DNA of 64,000 bases, taken from NCBI GenBank assembly GCA_010093815.1, contig ML996589.1, one strand, 5' to 3'. This DNA is from Pseudovirgaria hyperparasitica (lineage: Eukaryota). Positions 14,083 through 27,413 of this stretch are shown here, one piece after another. Positions within the stretch are counted from its first letter, which is position 1; every line of letters starts with the position of its first letter. The position numbers were made by a program, and so were the translations under genes. Below the pieces are notes generated by a model that saw only the letters and a list, made by a program, of their open reading frames with translations, had not been told where the DNA came from and did not search any database.

Positions 14083-15183
14083 TTACTTAATAAGTTCATA
14101 GAAAAGTCTCCTAATCTCCTTAACTTTAGTAACCTCTCTACTATCTCTATCTTATCTAAACCTCTCTAAATTAGTAACTACCTTCTACTAGAGCGTCTTA
14201 TTAATATAATATCTATCTATAGTATATTTAAAGAAGCGTAGAGCCTACTAATTAGTATAGCTATATATAAATATAATATAGAGAAAGTCCTTAAAAGTTT
14301 AAGATTACTAATATATCTAGATATACTATCTATAAATCCATGCCTTTATTACCGTCTATATAAGCTTAATAGAATTAAAGTTAGATAAGTATAGTAGCGT
14401 ATACTATATAATATAGCTAGCGCTAAGTATAAGTAGCTTAATCTATTAGTTTATATAAAGTGCGAGATTATCTATAATAATTATTATTATACGCCTAGGG
14501 TATTTTACCTTAAGGGTAGGTAATAGATATACTTATAGCTAGGTATAGAACTTATCCATTAAGAAATAACCTTCCTTTATCTAATAGTAGATAAAACCAT
14601 TAGCTATAATAGCTCTATATACACTATACATAGATCCTCAATTAAGAGTACTAATCTTAGTTAGAGTCTATCCTTTTAGTACTCTAGCTCAACACCTCTA
14701 TCTAATTTTCTTATTAAAAATAACCTTATCTAAGAAGACATATAAGTCTACTAGTAGCTCCATAATATCCTTAAGATATAAAGTATATACTATCTCTAAG
14801 CGCGTACTACTAATATATTTTAATAGCTTATAATTCTACCCTTACTTAGATAACTCTTTAGATAGAAGCTATTTAGATATAGTAAGATTAAACTCTTTAT
14901 ATATCTATCTAGCTATCTTATTAAGGTATAGCTAGCCCTTATAAAGTAGTCTCTTAAGTAGTTATTATATTATATAATTACTTAGTTAACGAGGTAGACC
15001 ATAATATATTAACTATAGTTTATTCCTCTATCTATACGTCTTAAGATTAAACCTTATTCTATATACTATATTCTTACTAACTTTAGTAATAGCGATAATC
15101 TTATTAATAGGTATATTATATTATAGAAGGAAGTCAATTTATCCGTATATAGAATCGGGATAGATAACGCCCTAGGGTACTAT
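14083..15183 (-). pseudogene. Tc1-like DD34E transposase (367 codons, RIP-inactivated)
   Basis: Reads VFLDKVIFNK (=VFLDE..F), IIIDNLALY (=VMDNLALH), YTLLYLSNFNSIK (=YTPPYSPDFNPIE). 34 residues lie between the second D and the E. The span from the presumed start to the stop is a whole number of codons. Confidence 0.88.
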
Positions 15184-15256
15184 ATATACACGCGTTAGTA
15201 AGTTAAAAACACTAAATATTATATATATTAACTCTTATATACTATAGTATATAGTT

Positions 15257-18200
15257 AAAACTTCTCATACCCTAACGGACTAAACTAGTTAATTCGGGGT
15301 AAAACAGCGATTTATATACATTAAACGATAGAGCATACCGAGTATAACAACCTCCGACACACGTATATACGTATAGCGTATAATACGCGACGATACCGAC
15401 GTATAGAGATACTATATATATACGCTTAAAGACTCTTTAATAATATAAGCATAGACTATATCTAATAAATACTAACACGCCGACCCCCTTTTATTAGTTA
15501 AGGGCTGCCCTTAACTAATAACTATAGCGGCCTTAGGCATTATAATACCCCGGTATACGCCGGATATACCCCTACTAGTACGGTAGAAACGGCCATATAG
15601 CGATATTAATATAGATAGCTAGATACCTATCTAAAATATAGGAACTAACTAAGGGTACGAAGCGCTATAGATAATCTAGACTAAGGGGACCCTAAGAGGG
15701 GAGACCCTTCTAGATAAAATTAAATACTAGGTAATACGTATAGAGAGGGACGCCGAGAAGGGAAAGAAGACTCTCCTTTATATATTCCGGGACCTTATCT
15801 AGAACCTAAGAGGAATTATAGAGGAAGAAAGGAAGTTACTATAAGAGGAACCTAGTAGTAGGCTCGACCGAATAGAAGCTAGTCTACGGAGAATCTAGGA
15901 AGAGCTATTCTAAGGTAAGCGCCCTAATACGTGGGCTTAGATTATAGTAACACCCGGAGCCACCGTACTAAGGACTACTAGAACCATAGATAGAGTATAT
16001 AGTATACGTATTATAATCTAGGATAAGGACACGCTAGCGTAGGTCTAATAGGCATCCCTAAAGGAAATTATAAATAAGATTAACGAATAGAAAGAAATAT
16101 AGTTAAGTATCATAGCTACTAAAGTTATACTAGGTGGGATAGTACTTACTACTATAATAAATACTATATAGTAAAACATCTTACGAGATCCGAACGCGAT
16201 AGGTAGTATCTTCCCTAGCGCGTCCATTAGGGTAGCTATATACCCGATTATAGTATACGTAGTACCTATATAGGGATAGGCTATCGAAGCGGAGGATATT
16301 ACGCGTATAGAATAATCTAATACGCGAAAATACCTAGGGATTAAAATCGTGAAAGCGTGGTAGAAGAACCTATAGGCGATTAAGACGACGGCGAAAAAAC
16401 ACTCTACTATAATTATAGAGCTCCGAGACCCCGCCCTTATATAATATATTATATAGGAGGGATTCCTAATAGAAGGAGAGCTCCTTATGGCCGAGCTATA
16501 GGATAGGGCATAGGTAATAATATAGTACTTTAACTATTAAGGGTATAGATACACTATATAAAGGTACTTATAGAAGACTAAGTACGGATAGTACCGTAGG
16601 GACCATGCCATCTAGAAGTACCCTTATAAACCGCGAGGAGACGGACTAAGAAATAGGGATATAGTATAGTATTTAAACTACGACGGGAAATACCCGTTAT
16701 GGTCGTTAACGTGTATAAAACGTAAATAGGTTATAGAATATATTCGCATGATAAAAGTAAGAGGCGCGAGATAGTTATAGAATATAACACCTACTACGAG
16801 CCCTTCCTTTATAATACCCCTAACCTCCCCTCTAGAAGGTAGTTAGGCGGGATAGTAGACTATTCTAAAGACGATAGAATAACTAAAAGGCATAGTTAAA
16901 GCCGCTACCGCGTAAGGATAGTCGCGCCTCCGAGAAATAAGTATATAGATATATATACTCTCTAGTACCTAATAAGGGACTAGAATATACTCCGAATTAT
17001 ATAGGTAAACGTATAATATAAAAGAGAGAACTAGGCGACGCTCCTCGAAGAGACTAGGGCTATAATACTCGCTATCTAGGAACCCTATAAACACTACCAG
17101 ACGAGTAAACCAACTATATACCCTGGATACTATACTATACACCCTCTAGAACTAGAAAGACGAGTCCTCTTCTACATTTATAGGTTAATACCACTCTTAT
17201 TATAGTTATATACCGAGCGCGATAACCTTAGGATAACACTACACCTATAAATAGATATAGGCCCCCTATATATATATAATATATATAATTAATAATATAT
17301 ACTTATACTAGACGAGATGCTCGAGGGTACTATAGAACTAGGGTAACATATCCTTCTAGGAGACTTTAACCTCTACCACTAATAGTAGGGAGGCCTAGCC
17401 ATAGTTAGGGAAGAACTTAGAGTAAGGGAACTACGTACCCGCTATCACGACTTTCTATACCTACTTATACCTATAGAATAAGTTATATAGAAAAAATATA
17501 AATAGGACGAAGACGGGTCTATACTTAACCTTACCTTCGCTACGGAGTACATTAGTTACCCGATCTAATACTACCGCCTAGGCTAGGTATAGACGGATTC
17601 CGACCACGAATATATAGAAACCGTAATAAACGTATATACCCCGAATAAATAACGGGGATAATAGATATAGAAGGATACTAACTAGGAAAAGTACCTAAAG
17701 GACCTAGAATCGGCGATTCTAGATCCCTCTATAGTCGATATATCTAACGACCTAGCTATAGACTAGGCCATATAGACACTCCTATAAATATACTAGAATG
17801 CGAGAAATAAACACGTACTATACTAAATATACCGGCCCCCGGAAGTAAAGGGGATTCCTTAAGTACGGGAAAGTAGATAAGACGCCTAAAGGCTATATAG
17901 ACGCGTATACTATACGAGAATACCTAAGTCATAGAAAGAATAGAAGGAAGTAATATAATAACGTGATAAAGTCCTCTATAACGAAAGGCGTAAATAGTAG
18001 CGTATAATTACTAGTTAATAGATATAATACGTAATAGGGCTATGGCGCATAGCGAAATGGGCTAAGGGCGTAGACACTCCGACACCCCCGCTACTTATAC
18101 CTCCCCTAATATATTAGGGGAGAACATACTCCACGGGCCTTAAGAAAACTAAGGCCCTACGGGAGGCTATATTCCCTCTCCTAGAACTAGTAGACCTATT

Positions 18201-20518
18201 AGACGTTTACGGCGCCGAATATCTACACGCGGTAGATATCCCTAAAGAAGTTATAGAGGAGGATATACTTAATATTATTAAGATACTCCTAAATAATAAA
18301 GTACCCGGACTAGATTAAATTCTAAATCGATGCCTAAAAAGCACTATAAAAGCGACCCTACTACTTATTACTCGTATATTCTAAGCATACGTCACGTAGG
18401 GGTACCACCTCTAGAGCTTCCGAGTCGCCTATACTATTATACTTCCGAAACTAGAAAAGAGCCCTAACTCCCTAAAGGGATAGAGACTAATCGCCCTTCT
18501 CTTCTATCTAGGTAAGATACTAGAGACCACGATAGCGAAGAAGATAAGTACCGTAGTATAGAAATATAATCTTCTCCCTCCGAACTAGAAGGTAAAGATA
18601 GATAGCTCTCTAATAATAGCTATCTAATATATTATTAAAGTCGTCTAGGCCGTATAGAAATAGGGACGGGTAGTATCGCTCCTCTCCCTCGATATAGCCG
18701 GAGCGTTTAATAAGGTAAACCATATAAGACTTATTTATAACCTCCGGATAAGATAAATACTAGAATAGATTATACGCTTTATATAGTTATTCCTTATAGG
18801 AAGAATAACTTAGATATATATCTCTAGGTACTAGAGTAAATATAAAGAGACGGCATGCGGCATCCTATAAGGGAGCACTATCTCTCCGATTCTATTCCTC
18901 TTCTTTATAGTAGACCTTCTTTAAGGAATAAAGTATATAGAGGTAGTCGGATACGCCGATAATATATACCTTCTAGCTATTAATAATAATACTAACCGAA
19001 CGTGTAGATAACTAGAATAGGACCACGAGAGGTGTCTCTAGTAGGTAAAACGCTATAGAGTAAAGTTCGCCCCGGAGAAATACTAGCTTATATACTTTAT
19101 TAATTATTAAGGGAAATAGGTAACTAGGGAAGGTAAATAACGCCCCCGAATCGACGTATTTAACGAACTACTAGTATAAAGCATGCGCGTGCTCGGAGTT
19201 ATACTAGATAGTAAGCTTAAATAGGGACTATAAGTAGTATACGCTATCTCTAGGGCCCTCTAGGTAGAGACCGCTATACGATAGATTATAGCCTCTATAT
19301 AGAGAACCGCCCGGGATAAGGCACGCTAGCTATATATATCTATAGCACGACCCGCCTTTATATACGGACACGAGTGCTAGTATACAGCCCTTATATAGAC
19401 TAGGCGAATAAAGCTTAAATCTATATAGAACCGTATACTCCGTCTTATATTAGGCGTATATAAAGCTACTAATATAGTACTACTATAACGCGAGATAGAC
19501 GTTATAAGTATATATAACTTCTACTAGATATAGAGGGTAGTATACTTTACTAAATAATAAGTATAGGAATATATAGGAAACGTAGAATATACTTTCGCCG
19601 CGCTATATATATAAATTAGTATATATTACCGCGTACTCCTATATATAGGCCGGAATTAAATATAGTATAGGTACTTAATAGAAGCTAACTCTAGCTAAGT
19701 AGTATAAGAAGTCCGAGATAACCCGGACGCTCTTCTAGACTAGTAGAGCCTTTAAGAACTCGTAAAAAATATATAGTCGTAGACTTAAGATAAGTAGAAA
19801 GAGACACTCTATGCCTACTAGACCTCCTAGTAGAATAGGTACCTAGAGTAGATTTAAGGGCTATAGAAGAAACTAAGTAAATAGATATATAAAGGGCTAA
19901 CGAAAGTCTAAGTATCTATACTCATCTAAGCCCGAACGGGCGCTATAGAACTTCTATACTATATCTATAAGAGAGGCGTTTCTAATACCTCCCTATAGTA
20001 TAAGACGTACGGCCGGAGAGGTATAATACGCCACTATCTAGCTATATACCCTAACCTCTATATATAACGGTAATAGCTTATCTATATTATAAAGACTTTA
20101 GATATTATATAATAGCTTAATAAGTACCCTAAGGACGTCTCCCGATAGATACTTATATATCTACTACTCCTCTAGTACTAGTAGACCCAGAAATATATAC
20201 CAGAAGAGACCCGGTATACGCCAGTAGTAACCCGATATATACCAGAAGAACCCCAGGAGAACCCCGATTATTAGTCGAGGGCAGCCCTTAACTAATAACC
20301 TCCGCACCTACACGTACTACCTAAGGGTAAAATAATAGTAATATAGGCTATAGGCTAATAGGCGTACCCTATAGCTATATACTTAAGACGAAATAGAGGT
20401 TTAACAAGATATAGTTATAGATATAAGGAAGTTTTTCTCTATAGGGTTTCTTCTTATATAGTAGCTTAGACTAGAGGAGGCATAGGCCTATAGAGTACTA
20501 CTCTACCTAGTTATATAA

Positions 20519-20578
<60 letters not shown>
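15257..20578 (+). mobile_element. Tad1-like LINE, copy 2 (full length, RIP-degenerate)
   Basis: (ATT)n tail at ~20520-20580. TSD tatagtatatagtt at 15243-15256 and 20579-20592. RT GYADN at ~18950-18965. Collinear with copy 3, differing mostly by transitions. Confidence 0.95.
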
Positions 20579-20582
<4 letters not shown>

Positions 20583-20716
20583 GTATATAGTTATAGACTC
20601 TATATACGCGTGGTGCGGCGACGATGTCGTAAAATGTCAATTACATACAAAAACGCGTGTTGGTGACACAGACGTGCATCGGGCGCCAAGCTTTCCCATG
20701 TAACTATGGACAAACG

Positions 20717-23700
20717 GATGGTCTGGGGCTGCTTGCGAGCTGTCTCTGTGACGAGGTCATGCAAGCATCGGTGTTTAGCTTCTGGAACGGCCGCATTCCA
20801 GCTCCATATATCAATGTGGTCTTGCTCATATAGCATGTTAAGCCTCGACAGAGATTTGCTCGCATTGCTTGGTGTACACAGCTGCTGAATGACGTGCTCG
20901 AGCTGCATTGCTAATCGTTGGACTCGGTCGGTGTCGAGCACACTCGCGTCATGTGCCGCTCGCAATCGCACTCCGTGCCTCTGAAGATCACATTCAAGTG
21001 TCAGAGCGTGTGTATCAGCCACTGTAACATGTGTATCGTCTGAGCCATTTTCATCTCGCTGACTAACAAACCAGCGGCTGCTTGTACATTGATGTCGCGC
21101 TTCGTTCGCCTCGACAGCGTGCACAACCAGCAAGGTCTGGAATTGGCATGCTCTTTCACCCTCTGGACTTGTACGTCGGATGTTCTGTAGGCCCATCTGC
21201 TCAAATGCAATCATGTTTGCTGATTGTGCCTGAACCTGCCGCAGCAGCTGTTCGACAGTCATCTGAGACCAGTCAAGAGTTATTCGTACAGGAACAGTAG
21301 CTATGGTTGGCCCGATCATCCGCTCAACATCTGTCACAGCAGCCTGTCGTCCGGCTACGGTGACTCTAAAAATAACTTCAGAGCTATCGGTATACTTTGA
21401 AGCCAATAGAGACCATGCTGTTCGCAATATACTGGACGGTGTGATTCCTGTGTCCGGCCAGTGCGGCACATGAAGGTTTCGCTTAATGAAGGCCTTACAG
21501 AGTGGCTGATAATTGTTTGAGGGTAGTTGAGGAAAATTCTGAGCTTCTAAGCCTTGGAACTGCTTCTCCCAGTACTTTGCTGTAGCGCCAATATCGATCT
21601 CAGTAATGTGTTTAACGAATCTCTGAAAGGGTGGCGGGGGAAGCCGAGGAGCTATAGAGCCTTCCAGTCGTTCCAAAATCAGAGGAATCGACCAGCTATC
21701 ATAGAGAGCATGATGTATGGTCCACACAAAGTACCAACTGCCGTCCTCAGAAGTCCGCAACACTGTATACCGTGTCAATGGGGTGCCTAGACCAGTGACG
21801 AGCTCGCAGTCTGCCTTTAGATAGGTGTGAAGAGTCATCGTGTCGTCCCAGCGGGCCCATTTAGCCTGCTGATTGAGGATAGTCTGTACAAGACCATGAC
21901 CCGAAAGTTCGACGACACGAGTACGCAATATGGGTGTCTCTTTAACGACTACCTCCCAAGCTTGCATGAACTGCTGGATATTCACAGTTGGTTGAAGTAG
22001 GTAGACGAACTGTGCGACGTAATCTCCGGAACGCCTACTCGTAAGTGCGAGCAACCCTTCTTGTAATGGTGTACAGGGAAAGGCATCTTCCACATGAGAA
22101 GCCTCTACATCATCAAAATGGCTCGCAATCTGCTGTCTCAAATACTCAACAGTGCTATCTTCCTTCAGAATTAGCGTGAAAGGCGCAAAACGCTCTGGTA
22201 TATGATTGCTCTCAAGGGTCTGAGCGGCAAGGGCCATTTCGCTCAAGACTGGGTGCTGAAAAACCTCTGCAACCGACAAGACAATAGCGTTCTTACGAGC
22301 AGCAGCGACAAGTCTCATGGCTGATATGGAGTCGCGGCCAATGCGCAAAAAATTGTCGGCCGTATTGATGTCCTTAGCTTCTAGACCCAGCACAGCTGCC
22401 CACAAGCTTTGCAGACATATTTCGACATCTGTTGAAGGCCGTTTTTTTTCTGAAGTCAGTAGATTAGAATTTCTGGCCGCTACTCCTTGGAAGCTCAATT
22501 GTTGAGCAACAGTCTGGAGTTTGCGCCGATTGGTCTTGCCACTAGGCGTAGTTGGAATACAGTCCAGCGGAATGTATGCCGAAGGAATCATATAAGCGGG
22601 CACTCGAGCTCTGAGTCTGCTATGAAGAACGTCCGTGACTTTCTCGAAGACGGCATCAAAGGCCATGTCATCGAACGAAGACAGCCTGGGAACTTTCAGA
22701 AAGGCAACGAGCACTTCCTTATTGCTTGCCTGCGGCTGTGCGACTGTGGCGACAACGTCGAGATCCTCCTTACTGTACTCCAGACATGCCTTGATGTGGT
22801 GCTCTATGTCACCCAATTCGACCCGCTGGCCATTTAGTTTCACTTGAGAGTCCTTCCGCCCGAGAAACTCTAAGGTGCCATCGATGTTGTACCTTGCGAG
22901 GTCTCCAGTCTTGTACAATCGGCTGCGACGACCTTTGGCACCAATATTTGTGGGACTTTCGAGAAGCCAATTTAAGCCGTTGACGAAGACAGTTACAGTG
23001 GCTGCAGCTTTACTAAGATATCCAGCTGCGACAAGTGGACCTTCAAGCAGGAGCTCTGCAATACAGCCTCTTGGCACAAGCTTGGAGTCATCGGACGGGT
23101 CCACCAGCCATGTGTTCAGACCAAGACCTTTACCAATGCTGATGCGCTTGAACGAAGTTTTATCGACCACCTGAGCTGTACTGAATGTTGTACACTCAGT
23201 AGGGCCGTATAAGTTTGTGACCACGGTATTAGGTGGCAGGCCAACACAGCTACTCATGGACAGTGGCTCTCCAATAAAAAACACATAGCTTAGGTTCTCG
23301 AGTGCCTTCATGTTAAGGCCACGAGCAACAGACAGTATTAGGATAGCTATGTTGACTAAGAGCCTGATTGCTGCGCCCACAATATCGTTATGTCGGTCGT
23401 CGTTGCTCGGGATATAGATGCAAGCTCCGGCTGATAGTCCCTGGATCAGATTGCACCACACGACGTCGAACATGTAGGATGCGAAGTCGAAGATGCGTGA
23501 CTTGCTGCTGAACCCGAGGCATCCTCTCTGGTGAACGATCGCATTGGTCATGTTTACATGGGTGATAACAACACCCTTAGGCTCGCCAGTGCTGCCAGAC
23601 GTGAAGACAAGATTGAGCATATCAGAGGGCAGTACCTGCGGTAGTGTGCGCCATGTGTTTAGAGTGGATTTATCCGTCAGTGGCTCATCCATAATTGCAA

Positions 23701-25399
23701 CCCGCCCAGTAGTCAAGCGATGGGCGAGGCTTTCGTTAGCTTCTGAGGTTAGTATAAGGACCGGACTTATTTGCCTTATAATGCTAAGGAGTCTATGCTC
23801 CGGTTGAGCAGAATCAAGGACGATCGATGCACCGCCAGCTTTCATAACCGCAAGCATGGCTACAGGCATCCATTTCGACTTCTCAATACACAGTGGTACG
23901 ATTACTCCGGGCTTTACTCCTTGATCCATAATCTGGTGGGCCAAACAGGTGGACAGCTCGTCGAGCTCAAGATAGGTCCATTCGCCGTCCCATGCACAAA
24001 TAGCCTGAGCCCCTGGTTGAGACCTCCTGGTTGAGACCTCGTTGTTTCGGCGATCAAACTATGTACGACGGAGCTCTCCGCATCAAATGGCACATTCTGG
24101 TTCCAGCGCCAAATCTGTTCGAGGTCCTATTGCGACACAAAGTCCAAGTTTTCGAGTCTTGTTTGGGTAAATCGGACATCGCACAGCTGATGCACGATAG
24201 GTCCTAGCTATTGAATGAGAAGTACCACTTGGTCGGCATCTAGCACGACAGAGTCGAATCGGACCGATGGATATCTCTACACTATCGTCATTTAGTTAGC
24301 ACTCCAAGGACAGCGTGTACGTGCGGAACTCCGCCACTTCATCCTTAAACCGCGCCCGATACTGACTGTCAGTCTTAAAAAGACTATCCAGGACATCTTT
24401 GTCCTCTCTTTCTATGCTAGGTTGAATTACAAGTAGAGAGTTAAAGTCGCATGCTCTTGCAGCCTGCGGGCTGACACGGCGGATTGTTTAAAGTCCAGTA
24501 TGTTCGTATTCGATCATGCTAACAGCCTAATACTAAATTTAAAGAAGAAGGTCTTACATACTCATAGCTGGATCCATAATAATTCTTAAAGGTACTGTAG
24601 CGATGGTCGGTCCGGTAAGCTGTTGTACGCCGGGAAAGGCTATCTATCTATCGCTCACAGTGACACCAAACAGAGTATCCTTTGAGTTAGTGTATTTCGA
24701 GCTTAGAATGCTCCATGCAGCACGAAGGACGACACTCGGTGCCACACCGGCTTGGCTTGGCCATTCTAATCCGTTAATAGCGACCGTTTTTGCCTCATTA
24801 GACCTCAGCTGATAATCTGGCGAAGGTAACAGAGGAAATAGTTCTGCCTTAAGATTCTCAAACTAAGAGGACCAAAACCTGGTTAGTTCATCCTCCGGTA
24901 GAGCTTTAATATGCTTTACGAAAGCCTGAAATTGAGGTGGTACCGCATGAGGCAATCCTTTGCTCGGGTCCTGTGCTAAATGATAGGCCGTGGCAAGTTG
25001 TTCAAAGAGAATGGTCTTCGACCAACCATCGTACACTGCATGGTGGAGTGTCTAAATAAAAAAGCTCTGCGACAGCTCCGCATCTGCGTGAGTTTCTTGC
25101 AAGACAGCAGATCGCACGAGTGGCAGTCCCAGACCCGTAAGTGCTGAGCGATCCAAGTCAAGATACTCAACAAGTATCATGTTTACAGTTTGGCAGGCGT
25201 GCAGTGTTGAATGTTTCGTGACCACCACTTGAACCAGTCCTCGTGTCGGGATATCAATAATTCGTGTGCGAAGTATCGGATTTTCTGCTACTACTCGAAT
25301 CCATGTGACCCGTAGACATTGAATGTCAATTATAGGTAACAATCGAAATGCATAGCGGGCGACGTAATCTCCTGGATGCTTTGCCGTAAGCGCAAGGAA
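20717..25399 (-). pseudogene. Non-ribosomal peptide synthetase fragment (C-A-T-C-start of next A), truncated at both ends
   Basis: A-domain cores FTSGSTGEPKG, NLYGPTE, YKTGDLAR, GRKDSQVKLNGQRVELGDIE. T domain FLRIGRDSISAM; C domain HHALYDSWS. The upstream C domain (ORFs 25052-25405, 24976-25173) has a frameshift and several Gln>stop codons. Homology starts at 'FLALT' and ends at 'RKQPQT'. Confidence 0.95.
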
Positions 25400-25736
25400 A
25401 TACATCTTCGATATCGGCAGCTTCGACCCTATAAGCGGTAATTACTACTAATTCCAAAGGAATCATAAAAAGATGCAATGTTTTCTCTAGCTCCCGCTAA
25501 TTAGCGCCCTCACCAAAATCACGTCGAAAAAACCACCTTTTGCGATATATTAAATTAACCACGCCCTTAATTAAAAGTTTAACCGACACGTCTATAGAGC
25601 TTTCTACGCCGTGTAATTCTATATACTTTTTACTATCTGCAGCCGCGTCGTCGCGGACGAGTAGGCTTTTTAAGCCTCGAGTATCGCGTTTGGTAGCAGG
25701 TTGAAAATTCGCACGTTAGCCGTGGATTTTCCGGTG

Positions 25737-25816
25737 TGCCTTAGTGCCTTAGTGTGCTAGTGTCTTAGTGCCTTAGTGCCTTAGTGTCTTAGTGCCTTAG
25801 TGCCTTAGTGCCTTAA
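25737..25816. repeat. Tandem array of ten 8-bp units (consensus TGCCTTAG)
   Basis: Read directly; variant units tgtgctag, tgtcttag and a final tgccttaa. Confidence 0.95.
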
Positions 25817-26207
25817 ATTAAGACTGCACGCAGTCTGCCGGCCGCAGGCCACCCTAGTAGTAACTAATATTATATGCTTAGTACAAGAGAAATACTTCGC
25901 GTTAGGTTTGATATTACAATCGCGTACTTTAATAGGCCATAGAAAGGTCAAAAGCTACGATAGAAAGAGTTAGAAACAGCGCCATAAAACACCGCGATGT
26001 TCAGTTATTCTGCTGCCGCCACTCCCTCCTACGGTCCTACCAGGTGTCTTGCATTTAAGAGCTTCTTCGTATTGAGTTTAATAGTACCGGAATGATTTTA
26101 ATCTATGAATGTGCTAGTAGCGCAGAGCTGTCAGGTCCTGCTGCCAACGTACGGATAGTAACATGCCTATTACCGCTTTGGAAACTGGCGTGTTCACCGA
26201 GCAGGAT

Positions 26208-27413
26208 CTAGTTCTTAGCCGTGTCTCTATTGTATCTATCTAAGTCCTTCTGAAGCTCCCGCTTAGCATCGTCTCCCAGGGAGAACATCGAGTGGTTAAT
26301 GATTTCGTCCCAATCTTCTTGATCGATTGGCCATAATCTTTCTAGGCCCCGTTGTAAGCAGAGACGTAGAGTTTTTTTTTTTTGCTCGGCATTCATCGTA
26401 CGCAGCCAGTGATAGTATCGAACTGATAGGAGGGGGTTCTGATATGGCAACTCCCATGCGATGATGTTAGCGTGCGACAAATTAACGACTACTACTTTGT
26501 TACACTCAGTTACTTCGATGTACTTTCTGCCAATCTGAAGGCCCTTATGTAGCGCCTGTAGCTTCTTCCACCGTGCCACTGTGGCGGACGACTTGCTGGG
26601 CATAATAATGTGATCCTCCTGCATGCTGCTATCGTCCACGCCCGTTTGCTGGAAGAGCTGATTCAAAAACATGGCCTGCGCTGAGAGCTCTGGCACAAAC
26701 TCACTAGCTCCCAGGTCCGCAAGCGATTTGCCGTCAATATACTCTCTGACAAGAGCAAAGATCCTGTAATTCGGCGCCGCATCATACCGTCGCGGCATAA
26801 GGAAGTGAGGATGGGAGTCCGTGCAGCTGGCGACCATGTACGAGCCGTATAGCTCTGGGATCAATAGACCCTGAAACCGCTGGAGTAATGTGTAGGCCTG
26901 AACTTCAGTAAAGTAGCTTTCCAGACGTACTTCAGGTTTCGTTGGGCCGAATACTTCTTTATCCGCATACCATAATTTGATAACCACCGGTCTTTCCCCT
27001 TGAATGTCCCCCAATTCATAGCCTCGAAAAATTGTGCACGGTTCGGTGTGTTGCTCGGGTAGATTAGCTTTGAGATGGTACCTCTTAGGAGGACCAGAGG
27101 TGGCGGCGGGCTTTGGGTCATATGGCCAGATTGTGCGATCATCGGGGATGAGTTCGATGATAGAATCGTGCTTGATACTGTACTAAAGCTTGGTAGTTAG
27201 TTTCCAAGCGCGATCCGAAGTGAAGGGATGGTTTCTTACATCATGAGGCCACTGCTGTGACGACTCGGTTACGGAATAGTTGGCTTGAGTAGGTGCATCG
27301 CACCCTGATCCTTCGGTCTTGAACTGCTGGGACTCTTCGTAAGTCAAGTGCGACGGCCGAGACTTGGCTAGGTCTACTACCAAGCTACTCGTGGGGAGTT
27401 GATACTGAGACAT
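26208..27413 (-). pseudogene. Fungal protein-kinase-like protein, probably a pseudokinase and frameshifted near 27015
   Basis: VVIKLW, EVQAYTLLQRFQGLLIPELYGSY and LVREYIDGKSL resemble kinase-like N-lobe/hinge motifs. The catalytic-loop position reads GVDDSSMQEDHI and the DFG position reads NLS. The upstream part lies in other frames (26861-27142, 27183-27413). Confidence 0.6.

Larger units (their letters stand above)
12827..20716 (-). mobile_element. Tc1/IS630-type (DD34E) DNA transposon, RIP-degenerate, interrupted by LINE copy 2; left part probably displaced by the Gypsy insertion
   Basis: Transposase remnant at 14083-15183. The sequence left of LINE copy 2 continues right of it (TSD) to the NRPS break at ~20717. 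No matching TIR found in the window; assigning 12827-14050 to this element is inferred. Confidence 0.65.

Noticed and set aside
20600..20716. C-terminal 38 aa of the 1114-aa NRPS ORF
   Set aside because: Read-through into the transposon tip; it lacks the AICAWDG-type A-domain start seen in the preceding module.
20706..24812. Plus-strand ORFs overlapping the NRPS
   Set aside because: Shadow frames of a motif-rich minus-strand gene.
25737..25816. Repeat arrays (also 42530-42692) as CRISPR-like
   Set aside because: No spacers, units too short, eukaryotic context, no cas genes.
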